This document shows positions 26,709-46,653 of a stretch of DNA of 64,000 bases, in pieces. This DNA is from the human T2T-CHM13v2.0 reference genome, Homo sapiens. The DNA is taken from NCBI RefSeq assembly GCF_009914755.1, contig NC_060935.1. The stretch is one strand, 5' to 3'. The position numbers were made by a program, and so were the translations under genes. The notes below the pieces were generated by a model that was given only the letters and a program-made list of their open reading frames with translations, did not search any database and was not told the DNA's origin. Positions within the stretch are counted from its first letter, which is position 1. Each line of letters starts with the position of its first letter.

Positions 26709-27906
26709 AAGTGTCTAGATGTGTGTTACTTTCCTCATTTTACATATGATAGGACATAGGCAGAAAAGCTTTAGAAAAATTTTGAAAATTACAGAGTAAA
26801 TGAAATTTAACCTATTAATTTTATTTTGCAAAATGTATGAACAGTTACAATTTCTTATAAATACAACTGAAAAAATATATTAAACAGTTAATCCAGGTTG
26901 TTACTCTACTGGTTAGAGGAAGCTATTTGATGTGACTTCTACGTAGAAGGCTTTCTTTGTGCCAGACTAGATTAGATGACTCTGGAATGTGTTCAAGCAG
27001 TCTGTACATTACTTAATTCTTGTCATAATTTTATTGAATTATATTTCTTCTCCTAATCTATGTACCAAGAAAACAATACCTTTCTGCCTCGTTCCTCTGT
27101 TTTTTATTGGGTGCTTTAGAAAACTAGTTGATACTTAGCAATCATTTGATGGATCAATGGATGAATCCACCAATCCTGGAAATTAGAAAATCTTTATTTA
27201 AAAAAAAAATGTCTCTTTGCACTGCCCCATTGTGTGAATTACTCATTTATTTACATTACAAATAATTTATTGTTGCATGTTTATAGAATTATGCTCAACA
27301 ACATGCCCAATGCTTGTGGACTTGTGTACTTGAGTTCAACTTAATATCTTTTTTCACATTGTTTATGGGGGTGGAAACAAATTACATCTTCTTCATCTCA
27401 ACCCTGGGGTTAATGCTAACTTCTTTTATTATTGAACACTTAACATTTACATTTCAGAGGCTTTCAAGTTTTCTTTTAGTCATAGTGTTATGCAGGCATT
27501 GCCAGAAGTATTGGATGCTGTTGCATATTTCACCATCTTTTGTGGGTGGCATGACATTAAAGATGACGTAGTACTTATCATGGAGATGAAGAAATAAATA
27601 TTTTCTAACTCTAAAGAGTGCAGATTGATGGATGGAAAATTCTGAAAGGCATTCTACAATCTGCAAATCTTAGGGTAATTAAATGTATAAGGCAACATGA
27701 GATAAATCTGTGCTTTAAAGATATCTGATAATAACTTGTTATGGAATTGACAGTAGAATGGTATTTTGTAATTTTATAAGAGCAGGCTAAGTTCAGCATT
27801 TCATTGGCTATACAAGTGAGCAGCTTTGTTCTTCCTTTCTATGCAGACATTTAGATTTCATTTGGAATGAGGTAAACCACCAAGTTTTCCCTTTCCCCAA
27901 CATGTT

Positions 27907-27950
27907 GATGAGTATGCACATAAACTTAGATGAGTATGCACAAATACTTA
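27907..27950. repeat. 22-bp tandem duplication
   Basis: GATGAGTATGCACATAAACTTA followed by GATGAGTATGCACAAATACTTA. Confidence 0.9.
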
Positions 27951-28298
27951 GAAATGTATTGTCTCACAGTACTGGAGGCTAGAAGTTCAAGATCCTGGTG
28001 TTAGCAGTGTTGGCTCCTGGTTGTTTGCTGTCAATTTTTGGTATTCCTTGGCTTATGGAAACATCATTTCAATCTCTGCCTTCATCTTATGGTGTTCTCC
28101 CAATGTGTATGTCTCCAAATTTCCCCTTTTTATTAAGACACCAGTCATATTCAATTAGGGTCCACCCTAATTATCTCATTTAAAATGGATTATTTTTGTA
28201 AAAGTTCTTCCTCTGCATTCTGTAAAACCACATTCTGAGGTATTAGTGGTTAGTCTTCAACATATACATTTAAAAAGACACAATTCAATGCATAACAG
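27948..28298 (-). mobile_element. MLT1B/C-like MaLR LTR
   Basis: AAATGTATTGTCTCACAGTACTGGAGGCTAGAAGTTCAAGATC...GACACAATTCAATGCATAACA. Confidence 0.85.
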
Positions 28299-29327
28299 TA
28301 TCACACACAAATAGAATAAGTGCTCTTTCATGAAAATTTTGTTTCAGTTGTGTCCTGGCATATACTGAGTCACAATATAAAATAGCGTTCTTGTAGGTTG
28401 AGACACCATAGCACTAGGGTACGTTCCTAGGGTTGAAATTACAGGGCTGTAGAATAATTCATTTTTAAATTTACCAGATAATGCCAAAGTGATTGTGCCA
28501 TTTACTCTCATACTATCGGTGTATGAAAGTTTTTCTTTCTCTACAGCATCACAATTATGAATATCTGATTTTTACATTTTTTGTCAAACTGAGATGTGAT
28601 TTAGTAGCTCATTTTTTAAAATTATATGTTCTATTAAAACTGTAGTTGATTATTTTTTCTTACATTTGCTGGTCATGCAGGCCTCCACTTCTCTGAATTT
28701 GTTGTTCACATATATACATATATATGCATACACACACACGCATGTAAATATATAACATATACATGTAAATATATACAAACATTATATCTATTATATATAC
28801 ATAAACATGTATATTATATATACATAAACATGTGTATTATATATACATGTCTATATATAAACATTAGAAAGACAAACAATTTTACTTTTGGATTGTATGT
28901 CTTTCTAATAATTTGAAGGCATTTTATAAAAATATGTAATCTAATAACCAATCTTTTATTGATCACATACTATAAAAACACCTTCTCCCACAAAACTGTT
29001 TGTCTTTTAATTTTGTTTATGGTATTATCTGTAATGGAAAGTTTTTTTACTCTGGTCATTAAGAGTCTTTCTCATTAAGGTTTGTGCTTTTTGAGTATTT
29101 TCCAGAAATTATTTCCTGCTCCTAATTCATGACAACATTCTCTTCTAAAGGTTTTAATATGCAGGTCTTTAATTTAAATTTGAGATAATCTGAAGTACAG
29201 TACAAGGGAATCTGGTTTTATTTATTATTGTATGATTTGCCATTTGTCCTGGAACCATTTTATAAATAATTCTTTTCTTTCCACTACTTATTAAAATGCC
29301 AAATCTGTTATATTCCAATTTTCTATA

Positions 29328-32286
<2,959 letters not shown>

Positions 32287-33383
32287 TATATGAATATATC
32301 TATATCCAGGCTCACAACTTTGTTCCAAAGGTCTACTTTTTATTATCTACAAGTTGAAAACACAATTCAATAATTTAACGTTACAGTGTCTTTATACCTT
32401 GTAGGATAAGTCTACTTCCTTTTTTTAAAAAAATTGTCTTTCTCTTTACTTTATAATGAGATTTTAAGTTCAAATTGTCAATTTCTATGAAAAATCATTT
32501 TCGGATATTGATTGGAATTATATTTATTGTTTAACTTGAAGATAATTGACATCTTTACTATTTTGTCTTCTTGTTCCTTGCTATAACAAGACACCAATTT
32601 TTGTAAAGTCTCTGTCGTACATCCTTTTTTCTTTCTTTTTAGTGACAATCCTTTGAAGTCATGAATATACAAGAGCATGAATAAGAGAAGAAAAGATGGA
32701 AGATAAAAAGCAGAAGGGTGAGTGACAACCAAGTTAAAAACCTCAGTGGAGCAAAATTACAAATCAGAAGTGAGAACAGCCAGGGATGAGTCTGACTTTT
32801 ACCAGACAAAACCGCAAAGTCATAGGAACTGGAAGAACCAGGTACCTTTAAAACCAAGAGGGAAGAAGCAGCCTAAAATAAGGAAGACAAGGTTAAACCT
32901 CTTTGATAAGCAGTTACATTTCCTCCCCTCCCTTTACTTCATTGACTATTTCCCTGGTGCAGTAAATGACTAGGAATTTACTATTTTGGAAGCATCTCAC
33001 AGGTTTTTGTATTTTCATCTATCATATTTTTTAGGTTACTTTCTGTTTAACTTCCTCAGGCTCACTTCATTTTTAAAAAAATTGTTAACTGTATCTATTG
33101 TGTTTGTTTTATCATTTTTCAAGAATTACCTTTTTCATTTATAGAAGTCTTATTTGGACATTTTCCAAATCCCAACTTGTTTGAATTTTCGAATTATATT
33201 TTCATTGCATTACTTACTGCTTTCTTTAGGTCTTTAATTATGACAAAGTTATTTTCTTTTCATTCTAAACATATCCATAGTGCTAATTCTGCTAGGTTTT
33301 TTTTTCTCCTTTTTGAGGGGTCATTTCGTAAGTAGTCTTCACATTTGCTGTGAGCTCAGCTGCAGTAGAGATAGGTTTTTTCT

Positions 33384-33516
33384 GTTTGTTTACTTCAATT
33401 TTTAAAATTTTTTTCTATGGAAGATCCATGTACTCTTGGTAGGGAGATTGGTTTGTTTATTTCAATTTTTAAAAATATTTCTATGGAAGATACATGTGCT
33501 CTTGGTAGGGAGATTG
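33384..33516. repeat. 67-bp tandem duplication (two diverged copies)
   Basis: 33384-33450 versus 33451-33516, about five differences. Confidence 0.93.
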
Positions 33517-34344
33517 GGGTTAAAGCTCTGTTTTGTCCTTTGCCCAGTGCCCTCATTATTTCCTCAGTCTTAGATCATTTTTAAATAAATGCAAAATCTC
33601 TTCTTGAATCATGTGGGTTGTATACATTTGGATTCATACCTATATTGGATATGGGGTAAAACTTTGATTTCCCATCTTAAACTTTTTTTTCCAGTCAAAA
33701 AACTAGCAATGATAATGTTTCTCTTGAGCCAATGAAAAGAGTCTTTATAATCTTTATAATCTCTTTTTTACTAATGGGAAAAACTTCTAGAATTTGTATA
33801 TATGGCATTTTGTAATGGTATCCGTTTCAGTTCTGTTACATCACCTAGACCTAAGACCATACTTCCTGTTTACATGTAATCATAGTCATTAAGGCTAATA
33901 TTTATGTCTACCCTCTTCCCAATATCCAGTCCCTGCAGCATTAAGTTTGAACTCTAGTTTTAAGTTTCATTTCTAATTTTATCACATGGGAATTATGGGG
34001 AATATTTTCTTTCTTAATTCCTTGCTCTGATAAATACTCAAAATTTCTAATTCAATTAATTAATGTACAAATTAAACTAATTTAGTGTGTATGCCTCATT
34101 CTCACAAATAAATCTTTGAAATAATTGGGACAGCTATTGGTTTTCCCACTACCTGCTGTTGAATATTTTAAGCCAAACTCTTTTAAATATCAAAGAATAG
34201 AGCAAGCTAGCTGATACCTGAATTTTATTAGAATGAGGCAGGCATGGGTTTCTCCTCAAGAAACCAAAGGATGAATTTAAGTTAAAGCACATATAGATAT
34301 AAAACCTGTCAAAATAGTATATATCATAGAAGATGTCGACATGC

Positions 34345-34843
34345 ATTACTGTCACCCTGTTATCTGACTCCTGCTATATGGTTTCTCCTCTTTGGCTTCC
34401 ACTTACTTCTTTATGTGTTGCCCACTGTGCTTTAGCTACACTGAACTTTATTTGGAACTTCAAGCACTCTATGGTGATTTCCTTTCAGAGTTCTTTATGC
34501 TTGCTACTCCCTCTGTGTGAAATGCATCCCCCCAAATTCCACGGTCTGGCTTCTTTATCATTTGTTGAGTTTCAACTCAAGTGTGACTTTCTTGAGAGGA
34601 TTTTTGTCACTGCCTAAAGAAGCCCCACATATAGTGACCCCACTATGGATCATCTCGTGTTATTTTCTTCAAAACTCTAATCTGAAATAACCTTGTCCAC
34701 TTCTTGGTTCATATTTTTACTGCCTGCATAACCTCACTAGACTGTAAGTTCTATGAGAGAAGAAATGTTTCTATTTTGTGTATTTCTGGCACCTCAAAAA
34801 GCACTTTGAAAAATTATGCTGCTCCAATATTTGTTAAATGAAA
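34345..34843 (+). mobile_element. L2 (L2a-like) 3' end
   Basis: CTAGACTGTAAGTTCTATGAGAG...CAATATTTGTTAAATGAA terminus. Confidence 0.8.
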
Positions 34844-35612
34844 ATTAATTTGGCACCTTCTCTGCTTATGAGCTTTTGTTGGATGCCAAATTGTTTAAAT
34901 CACATTGGAAGATGCACATTCTTCATTTTAGGAACAATAGTGTAATAGGGATTAGGTTGATATGGAGAGAGCAACAATACCCGTATTAGCCCAGAGAGAT
35001 CACAATCACAACACAGTACACAAAAGAACTATTCTGCAAATGAGAAACAAGCAACGAATATTTTGAATTTTTAAATAGAATAATAATAATACAATTTCTC
35101 AATCTTAAAATTTCATTTGGTTTTTCATCTAACTTGGCAACTTTTCTGAAAAACAAATTGCCTGGATAAGTCGATTTTTATATGCACTGTGTTAAAGAGG
35201 AATATTCTAAAGCTGTAAATAGAGACTGATGTTTTAAACTATATCTACTGTGATACATTTTCTAGAAGGAAATGTCTCTAATATCAGGTATACAACAGCA
35301 TCTTCAACTTCTTGGCAAATGACCTCTACTATAATTATTGTCACCAAATTTTCTCCTCTCTAAAGAATATTTAGTTAAACCTCACTATAGTTTCTAGTTC
35401 CACATGAAACAAAACTAATTGGATAAACAGCATCAAGATAACATTTATTAACAGAGGCCTTGCTTCTCACCTATAGCACAAACAGTGCTACACTATACTG
35501 AGACATATGTGATCTCCTCATGATTAGGGTTCAAATAATACTAGTATGCTCCTGCAGATTTTCAATGAGATGATGTCATACTAGACAGATGAAACAGACA
35601 TGCTATTGCATT

Positions 35613-35642
35613 ATCATCAACATCATCATCATCATCATCATC
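35613..35642. repeat. (CAT)n microsatellite
   Basis: Read directly from the sequence. Confidence 0.9.
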
Positions 35643-37339
35643 TAAAAAGATTTTTAAGGACATGTGTGAGGAATTGCTCAACCAGAAAGAATGCAGATGG
35701 AAAAGATCAATCAATATCCAATATGTATGTGTATTTTAAAATATAATTGAAAAACTCAATTTCTTCAATGAAAAAACAAGTGCAAAGCAAGGTACTTTTA
35801 ATTTGTACTCATATTCAGATAGAGATATTCCCTAGCCTGCAAGAGAGTGAAGAAATCCATTTTAATATAATTGAGAACTATCTTCCCATGATGGGAAGGC
35901 ACTCAGTAGAGAGTAAGCAGCTTTTAAGACTGATTCTGACTGCTATCCCCTAGCATTACCATGGTGTCATCTAGCCACATGTGCTCCTGATCCAAATCAC
36001 CATGCATATGCATGTCCATATGTTTCCTCCTTGTGGGGCTTCTTCATCTCATCATTTGGTTCAATATCAACATTCCTATTCCCTTCCTTGCAGTTCCACA
36101 CATTGTGTTTCACTCATTGCACCTCTAACCACACCTCAGGAAAACTGTCGCTATCAAGTGGAAAATGGCATTGCCTGGGACATGTGAGGGTTGGCATATT
36201 CTGACCATCTATGCTAAAATGGTGTTTCTGACTGCCTTTTCCTCTGATTCAACATCAGAGGAAAAAAGTCAGTGTTATTATCTGCTTTGTAAGTTGGAGT
36301 GTAGGCTGAAGTTCTTTGCCACCCCTCCACTTCTCAAATGAATTAGGGTTCTCAGAATAACTCTGAGGGGAACTGAGTTTTGCATGTGTTTCTAGCAGCT
36401 TTGTCTGCAGTGGAGGTGATCTAAACTGCTAGGATACCCAATGGAGCACGGGTGAGAAATGCCATCTGACTTGTCATCACCCATGAAATCTTAGTGTGAA
36501 GCATGGGGGCAGAGTCCAGTGGGAAGGAAACAAAACAAACTGGAAATGTGGAGAAATACAGTGATGCTTCCTTTCTCCCATGTCAATAAAGGAGCTACAT
36601 AAACATTTAAATAATAAACAATTGTTCTCTTTAAGTAAGTCCTCCCAAGAAACACAATGGTCCAGAAATGTAAAATGCTATGTTGTTTTAGAGGAATTTT
36701 AGGAAAAGAAGCTGAGGGTAAAGAAATTGCCCACATTTCCTGCATCATAATTCTCAGTTAATTCATCCGATTCTTAAGTCTAGCTACATAATTTCTGAGG
36801 CCAGTGCAAAATGAAAACATGGGTTTCCCTGTCCAAAAAGCAGAAAAAAAGTTATTTTGCTTGTACTAAAATATAAAGCTTTTTCTTCTGTGGTCTCATT
36901 CTCAATTATGGTTGTGCTTATTATTAGCTGTTTAATGTCATTCTAAAAAAACATTAAAATTTTAAACTATTATAAGTTTTACAATTCATTTTAATTTTGT
37001 GCAATGCCCATACTAAATGCAATTGTAAGAGCATAGCTTTTATGTGGAATTCCTGAAATTACATAATTTTTACATATTTGTAGTTCATACATACATATGT
37101 ATTTTTGTTCCAACCAGAATAGTAGAAACACTGCACAAATTTAACTCAACTTTTAAAAAAATTGTACTTCTTGATACAAGTATATATACCAACACTATCT
37201 TTGGCTTGCTAATGAGTAAAGAAAGACTGAAAGGAAAAGGAACTATGAGTTGTACCATATTTTTCTTTTTTTTATTTTATCATTTTCATCATAAATTGTG
37301 GGCTTGTTTGAGGAAGTAATGGAATACAACTCCATTTTA

Positions 37340-37635
37340 AAAAAGAAAAAAAGTTCTGCAATATATAACAACATGAATGAAGCTTAAGGACACTACACAA
37401 ATGAAATGTTAGCCACAAAAAGACGAATACTGCATGATTCTATTTATATGAGCTACCTAAATTAGTCAAATCTATAGGATCAAAGAATGGAATGGAATAT
37501 ACAGTTTCAATTACATAATTATACATATTCTGGTAGCTTTTTGTACAATATTATAGTTAACAATACTGTATTATACACAAAATATACTAGGAGGGTACAT
37601 CTTATTTTAGTTTTTTTTTACTACCAGAAAAGTAA
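37340..37635 (+). mobile_element. L1MA/MB-type 3' fragment
   Basis: CAACATGAATGAAGCTTAAGGAC...AATACTGCATGATTC...TTAACAATACTGTATTATACAC. Confidence 0.7.
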
Positions 37636-37640
37636 AGAGG

Positions 37641-39843
37641 GTACATAATCAATGTACAAAAATCACTAGCATTGTTACACACCAAAAAACAGCCAAACTG
37701 AAACCCAAATCAGAAAGGAAATCCCATTAACAATTGCCCCAAAAAGAATAAAATACCTAGGAATACAGATAACCAAAGAGGTGAAAGACCTCTACAATGA
37801 GAATTATAAAAACACTTCTCAAAGGAATAGGAGAAGAAACAATCAAATGGAAAAACATCCCACGTTAATGCATAAGAAGAATCAATATTATTTAAATGGC
37901 CAAAGCAACTTACAGATTCAATATTATTCCTATCAGACTACCAATGACATTCTTCAAAGAACCAGAAAAAAGTATTTTAACACTGATATGGAACCAAAAA
38001 TGAGCCTGAATAGCCAAGGCAATCAAAAAGAACATAGCTGGAAGCATCACGTTACCAGACTTCAAACTATACTACAGGGCTATCATACCAAAACAGCGTG
38101 GTACTGGTACAAAAGCAGGCACATAGACCAATGGAACAGAATAGAGAGGCCAGAAATAAGGCCACATATCTACAACCATCTGATCTTCAACAAAGCTGAC
38201 AAAAACAAGAAATGAGAAATAAACTCCCTATTCAATAAATGATGCTAGGATAACTGGCTAGCCATATGCAGAAGATTGAAGCTGGACCCCTTCCTTTCAC
38301 CATATAGAAAAATCAACTCAAGATGGATTAAAGATTTAAATATAAAACCCCAAATTATAAAAACCCTGGAAGGCAACCTAGGCAATACCATCCTGGACAT
38401 AGAAAAGGGCAAAGATTTCATGACAAAGACACCAAAACCAATAGCATCAAAAGCAAAAATTGACAAGTGGAATCTAATTAAACTTAAGAGCTTCTGCACA
38501 CCAAAATAAACTACTATAGAATAAACAGACAACTTACAGAATGGGAGAAAATATTTGTAAACTATACATCTGAAAAAGGTCTAATATCCAGCATCTATAA
38601 GGAATTTAAACAAATTTACAAGAAAAACATCCCCATTAAAAAGCAGGCAAAGGACAAGAACAGATGCTTCTCGAATGAGGACATACATTTGGCCTACAAG
38701 CATATGAAAAAAAGCTCATTATCACTGATCATTACAGAAATGCAATTCAAAACCACAATGAGATAGCATCTCACACCAGTCAGAATGGCTATTATTAAAA
38801 TGTCAAAAAAATAACAGATGCTGGTGAGGTTGCAGAGAAAAGAGAACATATATACACTGTTGGTGGGAGTGTCAATTAGTTCAACCATTGTGAAAAGCAG
38901 TATGATGGTTCCTCACAGAGCTAAAAGCAGGCCAAGTGGTTCATGCCTGTAATCCCAGCACTTTGGGAGGCCGAGTTAGGCAGATCACTTGAGGTCAGGA
39001 GTTCGAGAGCAGCCTGGCCAACATGGTGAAACCGCATCTCTACTGAAAATACAAAAACTAGCTGGGCATGGTGGTGTACACCTATAGTCTCAGCTATTCA
39101 GGAGGCGGAGGCAGGAGAATCTCTTGAACCTGGGAAGCAGAGGTTGCAGTGAGCCAAGTCCGTGCCACTGCACTCCAGCCTGTGTGAGAGCCAGACTGTC
39201 TAAAAAAAAAAAAAATGTAAAACTAGAACTACTATATTTGACCTAGAAATCCCATTATTGAGTATATACCCAGAGGCGTATAAATAATACTACCATAAAA
39301 ACACATGCACATGATTTTTTTTTTTTTTTTTTTTGCAGCACTATTCACAATAGCGAAGACATGGAATCAATCTAAATCCCCATCAATGACAGATTGGATA
39401 AAGAAAATGTGCTACATATACACAATGGAATTCTATGCAGCCATAAAAAAAGAATGAGATCGTGTCTTTTGTGGGAACCAGGATGGAGCTGGAGGTTATT
39501 ATCCTTAACAAGCTAATGCAGGAACAGAAAACCAAATACTGCATGTTCTCACTTGTAAGTCAGAGCTAAATGATAAGAACTTACAAACACAAAGAGGGAA
39601 ACAACAGACACTGGTGTCTACTTGAAGGGAGAAGGTGAGAAGAGAGATAGAAGCAGAAAAAATAACTACTGGGTAGTGGGCTTAATACCTGGGTGATGAA
39701 ATAATATGTAAAACAAACCCCCATTACAGGTGTTTACCTATGAAACAAACCTTCACATGTACCCCCAAACTTAAAGTAAAAGTTAACAAAAAGAATAGGA
39801 AAGGAAAGAAGATAAAAGAAAAGGAAGGGAAAATAAAAGAAAA
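37641..39843 (+). mobile_element. 5'-truncated L1 (L1PA12-14-like) interrupted by AluS
   Basis: ORF2 peptides 37781-38215 ([18 protein letters not shown]) and 38276-38509; 3'UTR GGGCTTAATACCTGGGTGATGAAATAATATG; purine-rich tail. Confidence 0.9.
38930..39215 (+). mobile_element. AluS (Sx/Sz-like)
   Basis: Dimeric Alu within L1 ORF2; imperfect TSD TAAAAGCAG/TAAAACTAG. Confidence 0.92.
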
Positions 39844-39844
39844 G

Positions 39845-40271
<427 letters not shown>

Positions 40272-40962
40272 TCAGGTTGTACATTTAAAGGGTTTTTCTT
40301 ATACTTATGTGGGTTGCATTGAACTCCCATACATTTTCGGTCCAATGAACTTCTGTTCTTGAGAGGCATCTATATGCAAATGAGGTGGCCAGGAAAAGGG
40401 GGCATAGATATTGTGTCAAACTTCACTGCTCCATTGTCTCGCTGGACTTCATTTTCAAAATTCAAGTTCGAAGATCAAATCATTAAGAATTTCAAGGTGG
40501 TAACAGCAGAACGCTAAACCAAGTGCAAAGGCCTTCTGATTTCAGGGCTCTGTGTGACCACACAGTTGTCCACTTATAAAGGTTCCCCTGTTAGCTCTTG
40601 ATTGTTGCTTTATTTATTTATTTATTTATTTCTTGTCTTTTGTTTTTCTTTTCCTTTTTTTTTATTATACTTTAAGTTCTAGGGTACATGTACACAACGT
40701 GCAGGTTTGTTACGTAAGTATATATGTGCCATGTTGGTGTGCTGCACCCATTAACTCGTCATTGACATTAGGTATATCTTCTAATGCTATGCCTCCCCAC
40801 TACCCCCACCCCACAACAGGCCCTGGTGTGTGATGTTCCCCTTCCTGTGTCCAAGTGTTCTCATTGTTCAATTCCCACCTATGAGTGAGAACATGCAGTG
40901 TTTGGTTTTTTGTCCTTGCGATACTTTGCTGAGAATGATGGTTTCCAGCTTCATCCATGTCC

Positions 40963-44580
<3,618 letters not shown>

Positions 44581-44627
44581 TATGATGTTAGCTGGTTATT
44601 TTGCTCATTAGTTGATGCAGTTTCTTC

Positions 44628-45635
44628 CTAGCCTTGATGGTCTTTACAATTTGGCATGTTCTTGCAGTGGTTGTTCCTTTCCAAGTTTAGTGCTTCCTTC
44701 AGGAGCTCTTTTAGGGCAAGCCTGGTGGTGAGAAAATCTCTCAGAATTTGCTTGTCTGTAAAGTATTTTATTTCTCCTTCACTTATGAAGCTTAGATTGG
44801 CTGGATATGAAATTCTGGGTTGAAAATTATTTTCTTTAAGAATGTTGAATATTGGCCCCCACTCTCTTCTAGCTTGTAGAGTTTCTGCTGAGAGATCAGC
44901 TGTTAGTCTGATGGGCTTCCCTTTGTGGGTAACCCGACCTTTCTCTCTGGCTGCCCTTAAGATTTTTTCCTTCATTTCAACTTTGGTGAATCTGACAATT
45001 ATGTATCTTGGAGTTGCTCTTCTTGAGTAGTATCTTTGTGGTATTCTCTGTGTTTCCTGAATCTGAATGTTGGCCTACCTTGCTCTGTTGGGTAGGTTCT
45101 CCTGGATAATATCCTGCAGTGTGTTTCCCAACTTGGTTCCGTTTTCCCCATCACTTTCAGGTACACCAATGAGACGTAGATTTGGTCTTTTCACATAGTC
45201 CCATATTTCTTTGAGGCTTTGTTCATTTCTTTCTATTCTTTTCTCTCTAAACTTCTCTTCTCACTTCATTTCATTCATTTGATCTTCCATCACTGATACC
45301 CTTTCTTCCAGTTGATTGAATCGGCTACTGAAGCTTGTGCATTCATCACGTAGTTCTCATGCCAAGGTTTTCAGCTCCATCAGGTCCTTTAAGGACTTCT
45401 CTGCATTAGTTATTCTAGTTAGCCATTCATCTAATCTTTTTTCAAGGTTTTTTACTTCTTTGCAATGGGTTTGAACTTCCTGCTTTAGCTTGGAGAAGTT
45501 TGATCGTCTGAAGCCTTCTTCTCTCATCTCAAAGTCATTCTCCGTCCAGCTTTGTTCCATTGCTGGTGAGGAGTTGTGTTCCTTTGGAGGAAGAGAGGTG
45601 CTCTGATTTTTAGAATTCTCAGTTTTTCTGTTCTG
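44628..45635 (-). pseudogene. L1 ORF1p from codon 5, disrupted
   Basis: QNRKTENSKNQS... N-terminus; C-terminal domain 44628-44975 (MKEKILRAAREKGRVTHKGKPIRLTADLS); internal stop codons. Confidence 0.93.
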
Positions 45636-46079
45636 TGAAAGATGGCAGAATAGGAACAGCTCCAGTCTACAGCTTCCAGCGTGAACGACGCAGAAGATGG
45701 GTGATTTCTGCATTTCCAACTGAGGTACCGGGTTCATCTCACTGGGGCTTGTCAGACAGTGGCTACAGGACAGTGGCTGCATCGCACCGAGCGTGAGCTG
45801 AAGCAGGGTGAGGCATCGCCTCACCTGGGAAGTGCAAGGGGTCAGGGAATTCCCTTTCGTAGCCAAGCAAAGCTGTGACAGATGGCACCTGGAAATTCGG
45901 GTCATTCTCACCCTAATACTGTGCTTTTCCAGTGGTCTTAGCAAACGGCACACCAGGAGATTATTTCCTGTGCCTGGCTCGGAGGGTCCCATGCCCACGG
46001 AGCCTCGCTCATTGCTAGCACAGCAGTCTGAGATGGAACTGCAAGGTGGCAGTGAGGCTGGGGGAGGGGTGCCCACCAT
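45357..46079 (-). CDS. Chimeric open reading frame: L1 ORF0 (extended) fused in frame to the ORF1p N-terminus, 240 aa; expression unproven
   Basis: ATG at 46079 in GCAATGG context; MVGTPPPASLPPCSSISDCCASN matches ORF0; 147 antisense-UTR codons, one junction Ser, then 92 ORF1 codons; TGA at 45359-45357. Confidence 0.4.
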   Translation of the reverse strand: MVGTPPPASLPPCSSISDCCASNERGSVGMGPSEPGTGNNLLVCRLLRPLEKHSIRVRMTRISRCHLSQLCLATKGNSLTPCTSQVRRCLTLLQLTLGAMQPLSCSHCLTSPSEMNPVPQLEMQKSPIFCVVHAGSCRLELFLFCHLSQNRKTENSKNQSTSLPPKEHNSSPAMEQSWTENDFEMREEGFRRSNFSKLKQEVQTHCKEVKNLEKRLDEWLTRITNAEKSLKDLMELKTLA

Positions 46080-46653
46080 TGCTGAGGCTTGATAGGTAAA
46101 CAAAGCGGCTGGGAAGCTCGAACTGCATAGAGCCCACCGCAGCGCAAGGAGGCCTGCCTGCCTCTGTAGACTCCATCTCTAGGGGCAGGGCATAGCAGAA
46201 CAAATGGCAGCAGAAACCTCTGCGGACTTAAATGTCCCTGTCTGACAGCTTTGAAGAGAGTAGTGGTTCTCCCAGCACAGAGTTTGAGATCTGAAAACGG
46301 ACAGACTGCCTCCTCAAGTGGGTCCCTGACCCCCGAGTAGCCTAACTGGGAGGCATCCCCCAGTAGGGGCAGATTGACACCTCACGAGGCTGGGTACCCC
46401 TCTGAGAGGAAACTTCCAGAGGAATGATCAGGCAGCAACATTTGCTGTTCAGCAATATTTGCTCTTCTGCAGCTTCCGCTGCTGATACCCAGGCAAATAG
46501 GGTCTGGAGTGGACCTCCAGCAAACTCCAACAGACCTGCAGCTGGGGGTCCTGACTGTTAGAAGGAAAACTAGAAAACAGAAAGGACATCCACACCAAAG
46601 ACCCATCTGTACATCACCATCATCAGAGACCAAAGTTACATAAAACCACAAAG
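45639..46653 (+). promoter_or_regulatory. L1 5'UTR bidirectional promoter, inverted relative to its ORFs
   Basis: Starts AAGATGGCAGAATAGGAACAGCTCCAG (YY1 core kept, first ~12 nt lost); locally GC/CpG-rich; ends at the ORF1 ATG (46654). Confidence 0.85.

Noticed and set aside
27480-27700. Possible coding exon or CR1/L3 remnant
   Set aside because: Short frames and only a vague resemblance; cannot be supported without an HMM search.
40613-40662. 3' transduction in the L1PA5-like tail
   Set aside because: The ~50-nt stretch is almost entirely A-rich on the element strand and is adequately explained as a decayed poly(A) tail.
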